The notes under the pieces: generated by a model | Database searches by the model: none | Told to the model about the DNA's origin: nothing | The model's input: only the letters and a program-made list of their open reading frames with translations | Made by a program: the position numbers and the translations under genes | DNA from: Candidatus Gottesmanbacteria bacterium GW2011_GWA2_43_14 | GTDB lineage: Bacteria > Patescibacteriota > Microgenomatia > 2-02-FULL-39-11 | Assembly (NCBI GenBank): GCA_000999095.1 | Contig: LCFP01000008.1 | Coordinates: 1-50,864 of the forward strand | Reading direction: 5' to 3' | Length of the DNA stretch: 50,864 nucleotides | Shown: one piece after another, positions 20,983 to 29,803 of the stretch | How positions within the stretch are numbered: the first letter of the stretch is position 1 | Layout: every line of letters starts with the position of its first letter

Positions 20983-22245
20983 ATGAATGAAGTATTAATA
21001 CCGGCTCAACCGCTCAGGTTGGACTATAATGACGCCTTCTTGTATGTAGAATCATGGAAAGGGCAGGACCTTCCATCCATTATCAGTAGTCAACTTCAGA
21101 AGGTTAATATTTTCCGGGAAGTGACTGACCAAAATGAAAGGGACAAGCTGATTAAAGATTCTGCCCACAATTTGGCAATGGCCTATAGAAGGCAGGGGAT
21201 AACCACAGCCGGGGAATTGGCGGAAAAATTGGGTCTTGAGACACCGGAATACAGGCAGATGACAGTCATCGACGAAGCTATTTTGTCAGGAGGGATTGAG
21301 TTTTTCAGAATTGATGAAGAATCGGAATCAGCCGTAAATCTTGATGAAAGGGAAGCCGGAAGTCTTTTGGATAGCATGGTCAGGGTTAAACTGCAAGCTT
21401 TAAAAAAAGGCGATCCTTACCTTTACAGCGTACAGACATTAAGGATGGCCATGAGCGGTTTTAATGCCAGAGTCAGGCTGGCTGCCTGGAAGATGTTTAA
21501 ACCGGAAACACTGGCAGTCCAAGAGGGAGATGAGGCAGGTACTTTTTGGAAGGGGGCAGACAGGAAAATCAATGAACGGCTGGCAGCATTGGCAGGTGCT
21601 ATGGTTTATTTGTCCAACCATGATGAGGACAGGCAAATCAGGCTGACGGTTTTTGATAAACTGGCTGATCTGGCAAAGAATTATTATGATCCGGCAAATG
21701 AGATAAAATACAGACAGCTAAGACCTTTGGATTATCTCAAGTCAGCTTTGAGCGGGGAAGAGGATCAGGAGGTATTGGGAGAGAAACTGTATAAACTGGC
21801 TGAACTTTATGCTGATAAAGACTTTTCGGACAGGCTGGCGGCTGTGGGATTATATCAGTCAAATTCGGAAGCAGGCAAGCAATTAGTTTCAAGATTCCAA
21901 AAAAAGGCCAGGGATTTTATCAACCGGGGAAGTGATGCTTATGAAGCATTTAAACTGATCTCAAATGTGTATTTTAGAGCAGGTGATAATACTTTTTATT
22001 CAGGTTTAAAAGAATACCTTCAGGAAGAAGATTTCATAAAAGCTGCGCAAAAGCTGGCTGAGAAGGAAAAGGCAGAAGGCATAAATGCAGAGCAAAAAAA
22101 GACTTTGCGGACAATTATCGACAATTTCAAATCAAGGCATAAAAAAGACAGCCTGATACCAGGCATAGAAGAAATGTTCATAAAGGCAAAACTTATTGAG
22201 AGAAAAAAAGCTCCACGGACTGACGAATCGTTTCCAAAAACATAA
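20983..22245 (+). CDS. Hypothetical alpha-helical protein with HEAT-like motifs
   Basis: 420 aa. NARVRLAAWKMF, DRQIRLTVFDKLADL and SDRLAAVGLYQS are repeat-core-like. Confidence 0.6.
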   Translation: MNEVLIPAQPLRLDYNDAFLYVESWKGQDLPSIISSQLQKVNIFREVTDQNERDKLIKDSAHNLAMAYRRQGITTAGELAEKLGLETPEYRQMTVIDEAILSGGIEFFRIDEESESAVNLDEREAGSLLDSMVRVKLQALKKGDPYLYSVQTLRMAMSGFNARVRLAAWKMFKPETLAVQEGDEAGTFWKGADRKINERLAALAGAMVYLSNHDEDRQIRLTVFDKLADLAKNYYDPANEIKYRQLRPLDYLKSALSGEEDQEVLGEKLYKLAELYADKDFSDRLAAVGLYQSNSEAGKQLVSRFQKKARDFINRGSDAYEAFKLISNVYFRAGDNTFYSGLKEYLQEEDFIKAAQKLAEKEKAEGINAEQKKTLRTIIDNFKSRHKKDSLIPGIEEMFIKAKLIERKKAPRTDESFPKT

Positions 22246-22343
22246 AGACGTCAGGAGTAATCCATAAATTAAAACAATGCCAACATACGCGGACTTGGGT
22301 AGGTTTTGCTTTTTAAACTTCTTTTTGTTATAAATCCTATCCA

Positions 22344-23741
22344 ATGGCTCTAAAATTTGAAACAGCAGATAGTCTTAACGAATATTTGAGTGACCCCGAT
22401 AGCAGTAATTATATAATCAAACCGATTTTATGTTTGGTGCTTGCCAAAGATGGGAAAAGACCGCTGGAGGTTAGGTCAGCAGCGTTGCAGCATATAAATT
22501 TGGAGGATATTGGGATGACGACATCCTTCGGCCGGAGCATTACATGGTCAAATATACAAGGAGAGTTAAAAGCCGGAATTTTTAAGCCTTATGCAGATTC
22601 TTTGATCAATTTAGCCAATGAAGATCGGGAGCCCGCCATAAGAGGTCAGGCTGCCCGAAAACTCAGCCAGCTGTCAAGAAAACTGCATCAGGAAGATACA
22701 CAATTTGGCATTCCCGAAAGTCTGCATCTTTTGCAAAATTTGTCCTGGATTGTTGATTTGGAAAACAACAGGGAAGATCCCGATAAAGACATAAACGTAC
22801 TGGCGGAAAAAGCCCAGGCACTGATGGAATATTGCCTTGATCCTGACGTCCGGGAAAATCATTACCTGGGAGAAGAGAGGCTTGATGCAGCCTGGCAGCA
22901 ACATGCACGGCTTCTGGTGGTTTTTCCTGCTGAGGCGCATTACGATGAGGCGGAAGATTTCGAAAAAGCTATTGCGCAAGCTGAACCGTATTTGCGGCCG
23001 GTGTTGAGTATGGCAGCGGCCTTTGACACTTTCAACTCAACCGATATCAGACTAAGCGCGTTAGGGCAATTGCATTTATCCGAGATAGGCAAGGTTGAGG
23101 AAGGCAGGGTGTGTGAAACAATTCCCAACTGGCTGAAACAGGGGATGACCCTGCCTTATTTTGATGGGTTGGCCGGGTTGGCTGAGGAAGACGAAAAAGC
23201 GGAAATAAGGGGAAAAGCGGCCATGAAATTTTTCTATTTTGCCCGCGGGCTGGGAGAAGGGGAATCAGGTCACGGACTTATCCTTGAGTTGGGTTTATTG
23301 GACAGGTTGCAGTCAATGTTCAATAAGGAAGCTGAGAGGAGAAATCCTCCGGTTGAGAGTATGGGTAAAATTGCCCAGGCACTGGCGGGTTATGCGTATT
23401 TGTACGCTGAGGCTAAGGGAAATTTTTATGAAGATGAAAAAATGTTTGGAATATACGGAAATCTCGTTAAAAGGATGACACAGGAACCGAAATTGATCCC
23501 GGCTGGCCTCAAATTTATCTCCAACGTACTGGTTTCAGGCGAGGAGGACGAGTTATTTGCCGGTTTAAGGGAAGACAGCACTTTTTCCCTGGGAACTATG
23601 TTGGAGATGATTGAGTTATATGAAAACCTTGGGTTCAACGGTGAACCCCTGAGATATCAATGCAGCAGGTATTTTGCGGAAAAATTAAGTAAAATTCAAG
23701 CTATCGCTGAAGAGGCCGGTGACATAATTTTCCACTGGTGA
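22344..23741 (+). CDS. Hypothetical alpha-helical protein with HEAT-like motifs
   Basis: 465 aa with repeat-core-like motifs LEVRSAALQHI, EPAIRGQAARKLSQL, TDIRLSALGQL and AEIRGKAAMKFF. TGT-TATAAA (22326-22334) lies 9 nt before the ATG. Confidence 0.6.
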   Translation: MALKFETADSLNEYLSDPDSSNYIIKPILCLVLAKDGKRPLEVRSAALQHINLEDIGMTTSFGRSITWSNIQGELKAGIFKPYADSLINLANEDREPAIRGQAARKLSQLSRKLHQEDTQFGIPESLHLLQNLSWIVDLENNREDPDKDINVLAEKAQALMEYCLDPDVRENHYLGEERLDAAWQQHARLLVVFPAEAHYDEAEDFEKAIAQAEPYLRPVLSMAAAFDTFNSTDIRLSALGQLHLSEIGKVEEGRVCETIPNWLKQGMTLPYFDGLAGLAEEDEKAEIRGKAAMKFFYFARGLGEGESGHGLILELGLLDRLQSMFNKEAERRNPPVESMGKIAQALAGYAYLYAEAKGNFYEDEKMFGIYGNLVKRMTQEPKLIPAGLKFISNVLVSGEEDELFAGLREDSTFSLGTMLEMIELYENLGFNGEPLRYQCSRYFAEKLSKIQAIAEEAGDIIFHW

Positions 23742-23747
23742 ATAAAG

Positions 23748-24401
23748 TCAATCCGGGCAGCTGCCGGATTTGAGGTAGCCTGAGGCTTGGGCTTCTTCTT
23801 CAGTGCAAAACCAGCGGTCCCCGAAAGATTCATCGACAATCACCTGGGCATAATTGATGCAACCTGGCAGATGATAAATTTTATTGCCCGCCCGGATATT
23901 GCCTTTGATTACGCAAACACTGACGGGCGTTGTCTTCCGGCAGAGAGTAGAATATATACCCAGTTTCTGACTTTTAGCTATATTTTGCGCTTCTTTCAAA
24001 CGTTCTGATTCCCGGCTTTTACCGGCGTGGTACAAAACCAGTCCCTGCCGGACGAGCTCGGCATTGACGAATTGCCCGGAAGCGTAAACATTTGAAAGGA
24101 GCCTGCCGTAGTCGTCTTCGACCGTATCCTTCAGACTGACCCTTTTGCGGAATATCAAAGATTCCAGATACATTTTCGCTTCTAGTCCCATGCATCTGTC
24201 AATATCCGGGGCATCCACAGACAGCAGCCTGACTTTGCGCCCGTCGGAAAGGGTGAAACTGTCCCCGTCATAGATTTGGACTACCCTGTTTCTTTCAAGT
24301 TGTAGGGACACCTGATAGAAATTGAAAAGGAGTGACAGGAGGAACAGGCCGGCAAGAAGATAAAGAAGGAAAGTCCTCCGGCCTTTTATTTTCCCTGCCA
24401 T
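23748..24401 (-). CDS. Membrane-anchored staphylococcal-nuclease (SNase/thermonuclease) homologue with a Cys-containing C-terminal module
   Basis: 217 aa. The N-terminal TM is FLLYLLAGLFLLSLLF. SNase motifs are DGDSFTLSDGRKVRLLSVDAPD, DDYGRLLSNVY and VNAELVRQGL. The C-terminus is IKGNIRAGNKIYHLPGC...RWFCTEEEAQASGY. Confidence 0.8.
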   Translation of the reverse strand: MAGKIKGRRTFLLYLLAGLFLLSLLFNFYQVSLQLERNRVVQIYDGDSFTLSDGRKVRLLSVDAPDIDRCMGLEAKMYLESLIFRKRVSLKDTVEDDYGRLLSNVYASGQFVNAELVRQGLVLYHAGKSRESERLKEAQNIAKSQKLGIYSTLCRKTTPVSVCVIKGNIRAGNKIYHLPGCINYAQVIVDESFGDRWFCTEEEAQASGYLKSGSCPD

Positions 24402-24450
24402 AAGCAGATTATATTACTTTTGACAGGTAAGTTGTTTACCGCAGTTTTCC

Positions 24451-24479
24451 TTGACTTTATGTATATTTAAATGTATATT
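24451..24479 (+). promoter_or_regulatory. Sigma-70-type promoter with a tandem 12-nt repeat (candidate operator) for the Phd-PIN operon
   Basis: TTGACT (24451-24456), a 17-nt spacer, then TATATT (24474-24479). A perfect tandem duplication atgtatatttaa lies at 24459-24470 and 24471-24482, immediately before ATG 24483. Confidence 0.5.
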
Positions 24480-24482
24480 TAA

Positions 24483-24752
24483 ATGACTATGGATTATATT
24501 TCAACCACAGATTTAAGATCAAAAACTGCCAGACTTGTTGATACTCTGAGAAAAGGAGGGGAAGTTGTTTTAGTCCACCGGTCAAAGGTAATCGGCCGGA
24601 TCAAACCCACAGATAAGGAAAGCATAACTTTTGATTTTGCAAGCTTCCAAAAACTTGCAGGCCGGCTTAAGTTACCGACATTAACTTATAAGCAAATAAA
24701 ATCCAGATACTCCGCGTATCTGAAGAAAAAGTATGGCAAAAATCTTTCTTGA
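24483..24752 (+). CDS. Phd/YefM-type antitoxin
   Basis: 89 aa. ISTTDLRSKTARLVDTLRKGGEVVLVHRSKVIGRIKP is a typical Phd/YefM N-terminal domain. It overlaps the PIN gene by 20 nt. The in-frame ATG at 24489 is an alternative start. Confidence 0.7.
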   Translation: MTMDYISTTDLRSKTARLVDTLRKGGEVVLVHRSKVIGRIKPTDKESITFDFASFQKLAGRLKLPTLTYKQIKSRYSAYLKKKYGKNLS

Positions 24753-25098
24753 TGCCAACTATTTCATCAGAGTAATCACAAAGAGAAGTGATAATGATTT
24801 TTCCCCATTAACATCTAACCTACTGTTTATTTCTCCTTTGTCGGTTCATATTTTTTATTATGTTTATAAAATCAGGGTACCGGACGGCAAAATCCTGAAA
24901 TTAATGGATTTTTTTAATATTATTTCACTGACTGACGAAATAATTACCCGCTCAGGAGTGGGGCCGACAACTGATTTAGAGGATAATGTACAGCTCCATT
25001 CCGCCTCCGCTGCCGGTTGCTCCTATTTTCTGACACAAGACAGGGGGCTTTTGAGAATGAAGTTTTTCGGTAAAACCGCAGTCAAAGCTGAATTTTGA
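24733..25098 (+). CDS. vapC: PIN-domain toxin (VapC-like)
   Basis: 121 aa. MAKIFLDANYFI supplies the first acidic residue, and TDLEDNVQL...YFLTQD supplies the distal acidic residues. Confidence 0.7.
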   Translation: MAKIFLDANYFIRVITKRSDNDFSPLTSNLLFISPLSVHIFYYVYKIRVPDGKILKLMDFFNIISLTDEIITRSGVGPTTDLEDNVQLHSASAAGCSYFLTQDRGLLRMKFFGKTAVKAEF

Positions 25099-25103
25099 TG
25101 AAA

Positions 25104-27455
25104 TTAGGTAGGATTGAGCTGATAAGCCTGGATGTCCCGATAGCCCATCCGGTAGCCGAAATATTTTGCCAGAGCCACTGAAAATTCCTGATAAAACAGT
25201 CCGTAATCACGCCTCAAAGTCTGGAATGAGCGGACATTGTTTAAATACCGGTAGAGATTTTTTGACAGATTCTCGACTAGTTGGAACAGTATGTCGGGAT
25301 GTTTTTGGGCCAGCCACAAAACCACCGATTTTTCCTCCAAATCCTCTTCTTTAGGCCATTTTTCAATTTCTTTTCTGATATGATAGGCAATAAAACTTCT
25401 TGCTTTTTTTATAAGGCCTGTTTGGAAATCCCCGTTTTTTGGCATCAGCCCTTTATAATCAAGTACAGCGTTTAACAGATAGGCGGTATCAAACGGATTT
25501 AAAATCTTGTTAAACTTTCTTTGCCGGAAATATGTTTCAGGCAAATCCAGTTGGTACTGGTTTTTCAGCAAACCGATCATATCTATGGTGAAGGAAACCT
25601 CGTTTCTTAATAATGCCTTTTGTAAAAGCCTGTATTGTTTTTCCCAGTTCAGCCGTTCACTGTCGTACAATTGAATCTTTTCCCGCCCGCCGGTTTTAAT
25701 CCTGCCTTCGGTAAAGGCTCCTTTCATATAAAACTCAAGTACCGAGTTTGAGGGGTAATAACAGTCGGTGCGCTCCATGAACTTTAAGCCCAGCCTGCCT
25801 TCATCATTGCGTTGGAATCCAATGTCCACCACCAGCCTGTCCGGTAAACCGCGGGTGAGTATATACAAAGATCCTTCCTCGGCAGACAGGACCGATATGT
25901 TGTCGAAGATTTCCCGGAGTTCGTCGGAAGGCGTAAGGTAGAGGGCGCCTCCCCGCTGGTTTAAAAGAAGCGTTACTTTTTGGTCTCCCAGAAATTGCCT
26001 GACTTTGGCCAAGTCGGGAAGGGGAGTAGTCAAATGGTGGTTCCAAGTCCCTCCTTCCACAGGATATGCTCCGGCCACACGGGTGTTTACTTTTTCAATC
26101 AGACGTCCGGTTCGTTTCCGCAGTTTCTTCTCCGTATAGGGATTTTCGTCCTGCCGAAATTCATTGGGGATTGCCATCGCCCTTTCAAAAAGTTCCGTTT
26201 CCCCGGCAGCATCGACAGTATATAAAGGACCAAGAAAGCGGAACTTCATATGTTTTAAAAGAGCATCAACCGGCGGGCCGGAAAAAACAGAAAGCATCGT
26301 TCCCTGCAGGTTTACCCCCTCAAGCAGCTCTTTCTGATGGCGCTTGTACTCATCCGACCTCTTATCGCTGGTGACGATGAAATTGAGTTCGTTGACGTAA
26401 TCGAGCAGGTTCCTGCCATTTTCGTAGAGATTATCAAGGATTTCGGTCAGGCTGACTCCGTCTTTCAGACGTAAGTTTTCGGGCAGAAGAAACCTGAATA
26501 TGTAAAGGAGCTGGGGAGGGTAGATCAGCTTGCCTTTTTCTGAGAAGCCGACAATATCATTGAATAGCAACATCGCCTTGTCCCTCTTTTCATCGTTTAA
26601 CAGATAATCCAGAAATTCTTTCGGCATCTGCCTGCCCGTATAAGACCAGGCGGAATAGGCACTGACGGCAGCCAAACCCAGTTGGCTGAAAGAATTGGTC
26701 AGTTTATCAAAGACTTCCTCCGGTTCGCCGGGAATACCTACTTTTCCGGGAATATCCGACTCCAGCCATTCGTGGTATAGCTCCTCGACCATGCTTCTGA
26801 CAAGGGGAGGTTCTTCCATAAAAATGTTTTCGATGTGGTAGATAAACTGGATGTATTTCGCCTGGTTTTCAGGGGTAGTTTGCCTGTCGAAGCGGCTTTG
26901 CCATTCCTGCCGCAAATAAGCATAGAGGGGTAGGTACGGCAGGAAGACTTCGTTGCCGTCATAATGCAGTTCTTCGGTCAGCTTTTCCCCCAGTTTATAT
27001 ACAGGATTATCCGCAAAAACGCTTAAAGTTGGTTTTGGGTCAGGACCCCAAACTTTGTCTGTATATCGCGGAATCACATGGGGGGTCATGGCTGCTTTAT
27101 TCCAAACAGCCAAAGGGTAATCCGTCTCTCTGCTGATCCTGTTCAAATCCTCAAGCCGCCATTTGATGTCTTTCTTTTCAGGTTCCTTCAGTCCTTCAAA
27201 CCAGAAGTCGGGATCAGCTAAAATCTGCCGGGGGGTCAGCTTTTCGTACATGGAGTTTACCACTTCTGCCAGTCCCAGGATTTCTCCGCTTACGGTTTCC
27301 GCTGATTTATCGTTGTCAACATCAATCCATGTTAAACCGTCAAGTTTCCGGAAAATATTTTGGAAAAATTGCCTTGGGGTTTCGGTTTCTCTTTCTGCGG
27401 GAAAAGGAGGGCCGCCCGGCATATCAGCGCGATAAACAATTTCAGGAGTAGACAT
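25104..27455 (-). CDS. Hypothetical 783-aa protein (orphan)
   Basis: Long uninterrupted ORF that starts 12 nt downstream of the stop of ORF 27468-27878. No motif recognised. Confidence 0.75.
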   Translation of the reverse strand: MSTPEIVYRADMPGGPPFPAERETETPRQFFQNIFRKLDGLTWIDVDNDKSAETVSGEILGLAEVVNSMYEKLTPRQILADPDFWFEGLKEPEKKDIKWRLEDLNRISRETDYPLAVWNKAAMTPHVIPRYTDKVWGPDPKPTLSVFADNPVYKLGEKLTEELHYDGNEVFLPYLPLYAYLRQEWQSRFDRQTTPENQAKYIQFIYHIENIFMEEPPLVRSMVEELYHEWLESDIPGKVGIPGEPEEVFDKLTNSFSQLGLAAVSAYSAWSYTGRQMPKEFLDYLLNDEKRDKAMLLFNDIVGFSEKGKLIYPPQLLYIFRFLLPENLRLKDGVSLTEILDNLYENGRNLLDYVNELNFIVTSDKRSDEYKRHQKELLEGVNLQGTMLSVFSGPPVDALLKHMKFRFLGPLYTVDAAGETELFERAMAIPNEFRQDENPYTEKKLRKRTGRLIEKVNTRVAGAYPVEGGTWNHHLTTPLPDLAKVRQFLGDQKVTLLLNQRGGALYLTPSDELREIFDNISVLSAEEGSLYILTRGLPDRLVVDIGFQRNDEGRLGLKFMERTDCYYPSNSVLEFYMKGAFTEGRIKTGGREKIQLYDSERLNWEKQYRLLQKALLRNEVSFTIDMIGLLKNQYQLDLPETYFRQRKFNKILNPFDTAYLLNAVLDYKGLMPKNGDFQTGLIKKARSFIAYHIRKEIEKWPKEEDLEEKSVVLWLAQKHPDILFQLVENLSKNLYRYLNNVRSFQTLRRDYGLFYQEFSVALAKYFGYRMGYRDIQAYQLNPT

Positions 27456-27467
27456 ACGGATCGGGAA

Positions 27468-27842
27468 TTAAACTTCCGTAAATTCACCGGCCAGAGTCAG
27501 GTAGAGGGTTTTTACTTTCATGTCGGGAAATTTTTCGCTGATGATCCTTTTGGCAAAAGCCAGGTCTTTTTTATGCCTTTCCGGCGTTCCGTCGGCACCG
27601 TAGGCTCCGCAGTCCTCGTGATTGATGAGATAGACTTCCTTTGTGTGGTGCAGTTTTTTGGAGAGTTCAACCTGTTCGAGGACAAAAGGCAGGTTTTTGA
27701 CGCTGCCGGCGATGGCTACCCGGTCAAAGCCGCCCGGGCAATTTTTGAGCATCCATAATGTCAGATGGTCGGACAGCCGGAAATCCATGCAGGAGACGAC
27801 AATAGCCTGACAGGAGTGCACCTGATTTGTAGCCTTTTTCAT
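27468..27842 (-). CDS. Small beta-carbonic-anhydrase-like protein (CxDxR ... HxxC zinc-site pattern)
   Basis: SCMDFRL (CxDxR) and NHEDCGAYG (HxxC) lie in beta-CA order. I prefer the ATG at 27842 (MKKATNQ...) because TGG-TATGAT (plus 27855-27863) lies 12 nt upstream. The ORF-track start at 27878 is TTG. Confidence 0.45.
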   Translation of the reverse strand: MKKATNQVHSCQAIVVSCMDFRLSDHLTLWMLKNCPGGFDRVAIAGSVKNLPFVLEQVELSKKLHHTKEVYLINHEDCGAYGADGTPERHKKDLAFAKRIISEKFPDMKVKTLYLTLAGEFTEV

Positions 27843-27923
27843 GAGAGATATCTTATCATACCAGCCCAAATCTGCCAATTATCAAAGTCAATAACCGTTC
27901 AGACAGACTACGTAAGTTCAAAT

Positions 27924-27951
27924 TTGACGGCGGAAGGATTAATGGTATAAT
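27924..27951 (+). promoter_or_regulatory. Sigma-70-type promoter (extended -10) plus a downstream inverted repeat for the second Phd-PIN operon
   Basis: TTGACG (27924-27929), a 16-nt spacer ending in TGG, then TATAAT (27946-27951). A 7-bp inverted repeat attaatc (27950-27956) / gattaat (27971-27977) lies just before ATG 27978. Confidence 0.55.
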
Positions 27952-27977
27952 TAATCTAAACGTTCAATTTGATTAAT

Positions 27978-28238
27978 ATGACTAAAACCGTCACTGCTTA
28001 CGAAGCCAGAACCAATTTCGGGGAAATCATCGACCGTGTATATTATGCCGGGGACGAGTTTATCGTCACTAAAACCGGTAGACCCGTAGTAAAAATCATC
28101 AAAGCGGAAGTTAAAGTAAAGACTGATTTCGAATCGATTTGGAAAAAAATGCGTCAAATCGCCAAATCAGGCAAGAAAATAAACGCCGCCAAATTCATCA
28201 GAAAGGACAGAGAAAGTGGCCATAAAATATATCCTTGA
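27978..28238 (+). CDS. Phd/YefM-type antitoxin
   Basis: MTKTVTAYEARTNFGEIIDRVYYAGDEFIVTKTGRPVVKII. It overlaps the downstream PIN gene. ATG 27978 is preferred over the TTG at 27969. Confidence 0.75.
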   Translation: MTKTVTAYEARTNFGEIIDRVYYAGDEFIVTKTGRPVVKIIKAEVKVKTDFESIWKKMRQIAKSGKKINAAKFIRKDRESGHKIYP

Positions 28239-28635
28239 CACCTCTGTCGCTATAAAATGGTTTTCCAGGGAGGACGAAACAGATTTGGATCAGGCGGGGA
28301 AACTTCTTCACAAATTAACGATTGGTGAAATTGAAATATATACGCTTTATTTTCTGCTGATTGAATTAGCGAATGCGCTGATGATGGGTAAAAAGATGTC
28401 TGCCGCCAAAACTACTGAGTCTTGTCATTTGTTACAGACTACACCCATAAAATTTATCCATCTCAATTCGGGAATTATTGATAAAGCAGCCAAATTAGCG
28501 GAAAGATACAGGTTGACCATTTATGACGGATTATATCTGGCTTTGGCAACGGATTATAAGGCTAAATTGATTACGGCTGATAAAAAACTCTTGGCACTTG
28601 CGGAACTGACTGTCTCTCTGGAGAAATACCATTAA
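28216..28635 (+). CDS. vapC: PIN-domain toxin (VapC-like)
   Basis: 139 aa with a GTG start. The four PIN acidic positions are supplied by YILDTSVAIKWF, LIELANAL, IYDGLYLALA and LITADKKL. Confidence 0.8.
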   Translation: MAIKYILDTSVAIKWFSREDETDLDQAGKLLHKLTIGEIEIYTLYFLLIELANALMMGKKMSAAKTTESCHLLQTTPIKFIHLNSGIIDKAAKLAERYRLTIYDGLYLALATDYKAKLITADKKLLALAELTVSLEKYH

Positions 28636-28639
28636 ATAT

Positions 28640-28993
28640 ATGAAGATAATCTCCGAAAAAATCACACTTCAGAAAAAAAGGTTAGCGAGAAGATGGTTTA
28701 AGTTTTCTCTTATTGAACAGATGGCAAATATCGGCAGTGAAGTAGAAAGAGCCATCAAATGGAAAGAAAAAGGAAAGGCAGAAATTGCCGAGGCAGCTTT
28801 TTTCCGTGCTCTCGAGCTACTTGATTTGACTATTAACGGGGTCGGCCGGGATGAAGCGAAACTGAAGGAACTCTGTCGGGCCAAAGAATTCTTTTGTGAT
28901 TTTTTTATCGGAAAAAACCAATATTACCAGACCAAGGAAATGTGGCAAAAATACTTCTATCACTTCACCTACGCCGCGAGGCTCCACCGATAA
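28640..28993 (+). CDS. Hypothetical protein
   Basis: 117-aa ORF starting 4 nt after the vapC stop. It is helical (IGSEVERAIKWKEKG...FFRALELLDLTI), with no motif recognised. Confidence 0.55.
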   Translation: MKIISEKITLQKKRLARRWFKFSLIEQMANIGSEVERAIKWKEKGKAEIAEAAFFRALELLDLTINGVGRDEAKLKELCRAKEFFCDFFIGKNQYYQTKEMWQKYFYHFTYAARLHR

Positions 28994-29136
28994 TATTATA
29001 GGTCCCCATTACATTTAAATATATATAGACAGTTGTCTATTTGTATTTACATAGTGTTTGGACTATCATAACAATCCGCGTAATACTTCTGCCCTGATTT
29101 TTTGCTTACCTGCCCTAGCGAGAGGAGGTGAGTAAA

Positions 29137-29748
29137 TTGAAAAAAATTCTTTTTGGTATTTTAGGACTCGTCATGACCGCAGGGGTTGTCGGCGGAGCCG
29201 CTTTTGCTTTGTTTTCTTCTTCTGCCACAGTTACCAATTTATCCATTGCTGCAGGGAATGCATCCCTGAAAGTCGGTGACAGTGAGGTAACGACTGATAC
29301 TACCTGGGATGCCGGACTTAATTTAACCGGAATGTATCCGGGTTATGGGGTAAGCCCTTCTGTCTATAGCGATTTCTATGTTGAAAACGACAGTACGGCC
29401 GAAATTGCTTTGAATGTTACAGCCACTATGCTGGCTAATCCGGCAGGATGGAGTAATGATTTGAAGCATGCTGTCCAGCTGGGAGTGGAAAATGTAGATA
29501 ACAGCGGCTGGAGTGGCTGGTATTCGCTTCCAGAGTGGAGAAACGGCAGTATTGCCTTTCCTGGAGGTCCAATTCCTTATGGAACAACCTGGAATTACCG
29601 GGTCTATGTAAGAATTCCATACACCTACGGTGCGGATGATGCAGGATATACTCCGGGACCGGCAGTCGGAACGGACGTCGGCAACGAAATAGCCGGAGAT
29701 TCATTATCCGGAGCAGTATTTACTTTGACAGGAACTCAAGCTTTGTAA
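29137..29748 (+). CDS. TasA/camelysin-like secreted protein with a SipW-type signal peptide
   Basis: (L)KKILFGILGLVMTAGVVGGAAFALFSSSATVTNLSIAAGNASLKV matches the SipW-dependent signal/N-terminal pattern. GAGGAGG (29122-28) lies 8 nt before the TTG at 29137. The track start GTG 29128 overlaps this SD. Confidence 0.65.
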   Translation: MKKILFGILGLVMTAGVVGGAAFALFSSSATVTNLSIAAGNASLKVGDSEVTTDTTWDAGLNLTGMYPGYGVSPSVYSDFYVENDSTAEIALNVTATMLANPAGWSNDLKHAVQLGVENVDNSGWSGWYSLPEWRNGSIAFPGGPIPYGTTWNYRVYVRIPYTYGADDAGYTPGPAVGTDVGNEIAGDSLSGAVFTLTGTQAL

Positions 29749-29803
29749 AAAGTGTATTTTCACCGACGGTCTGACGTAACGTCGGACTGCCGGATGAGAA
29801 TAT

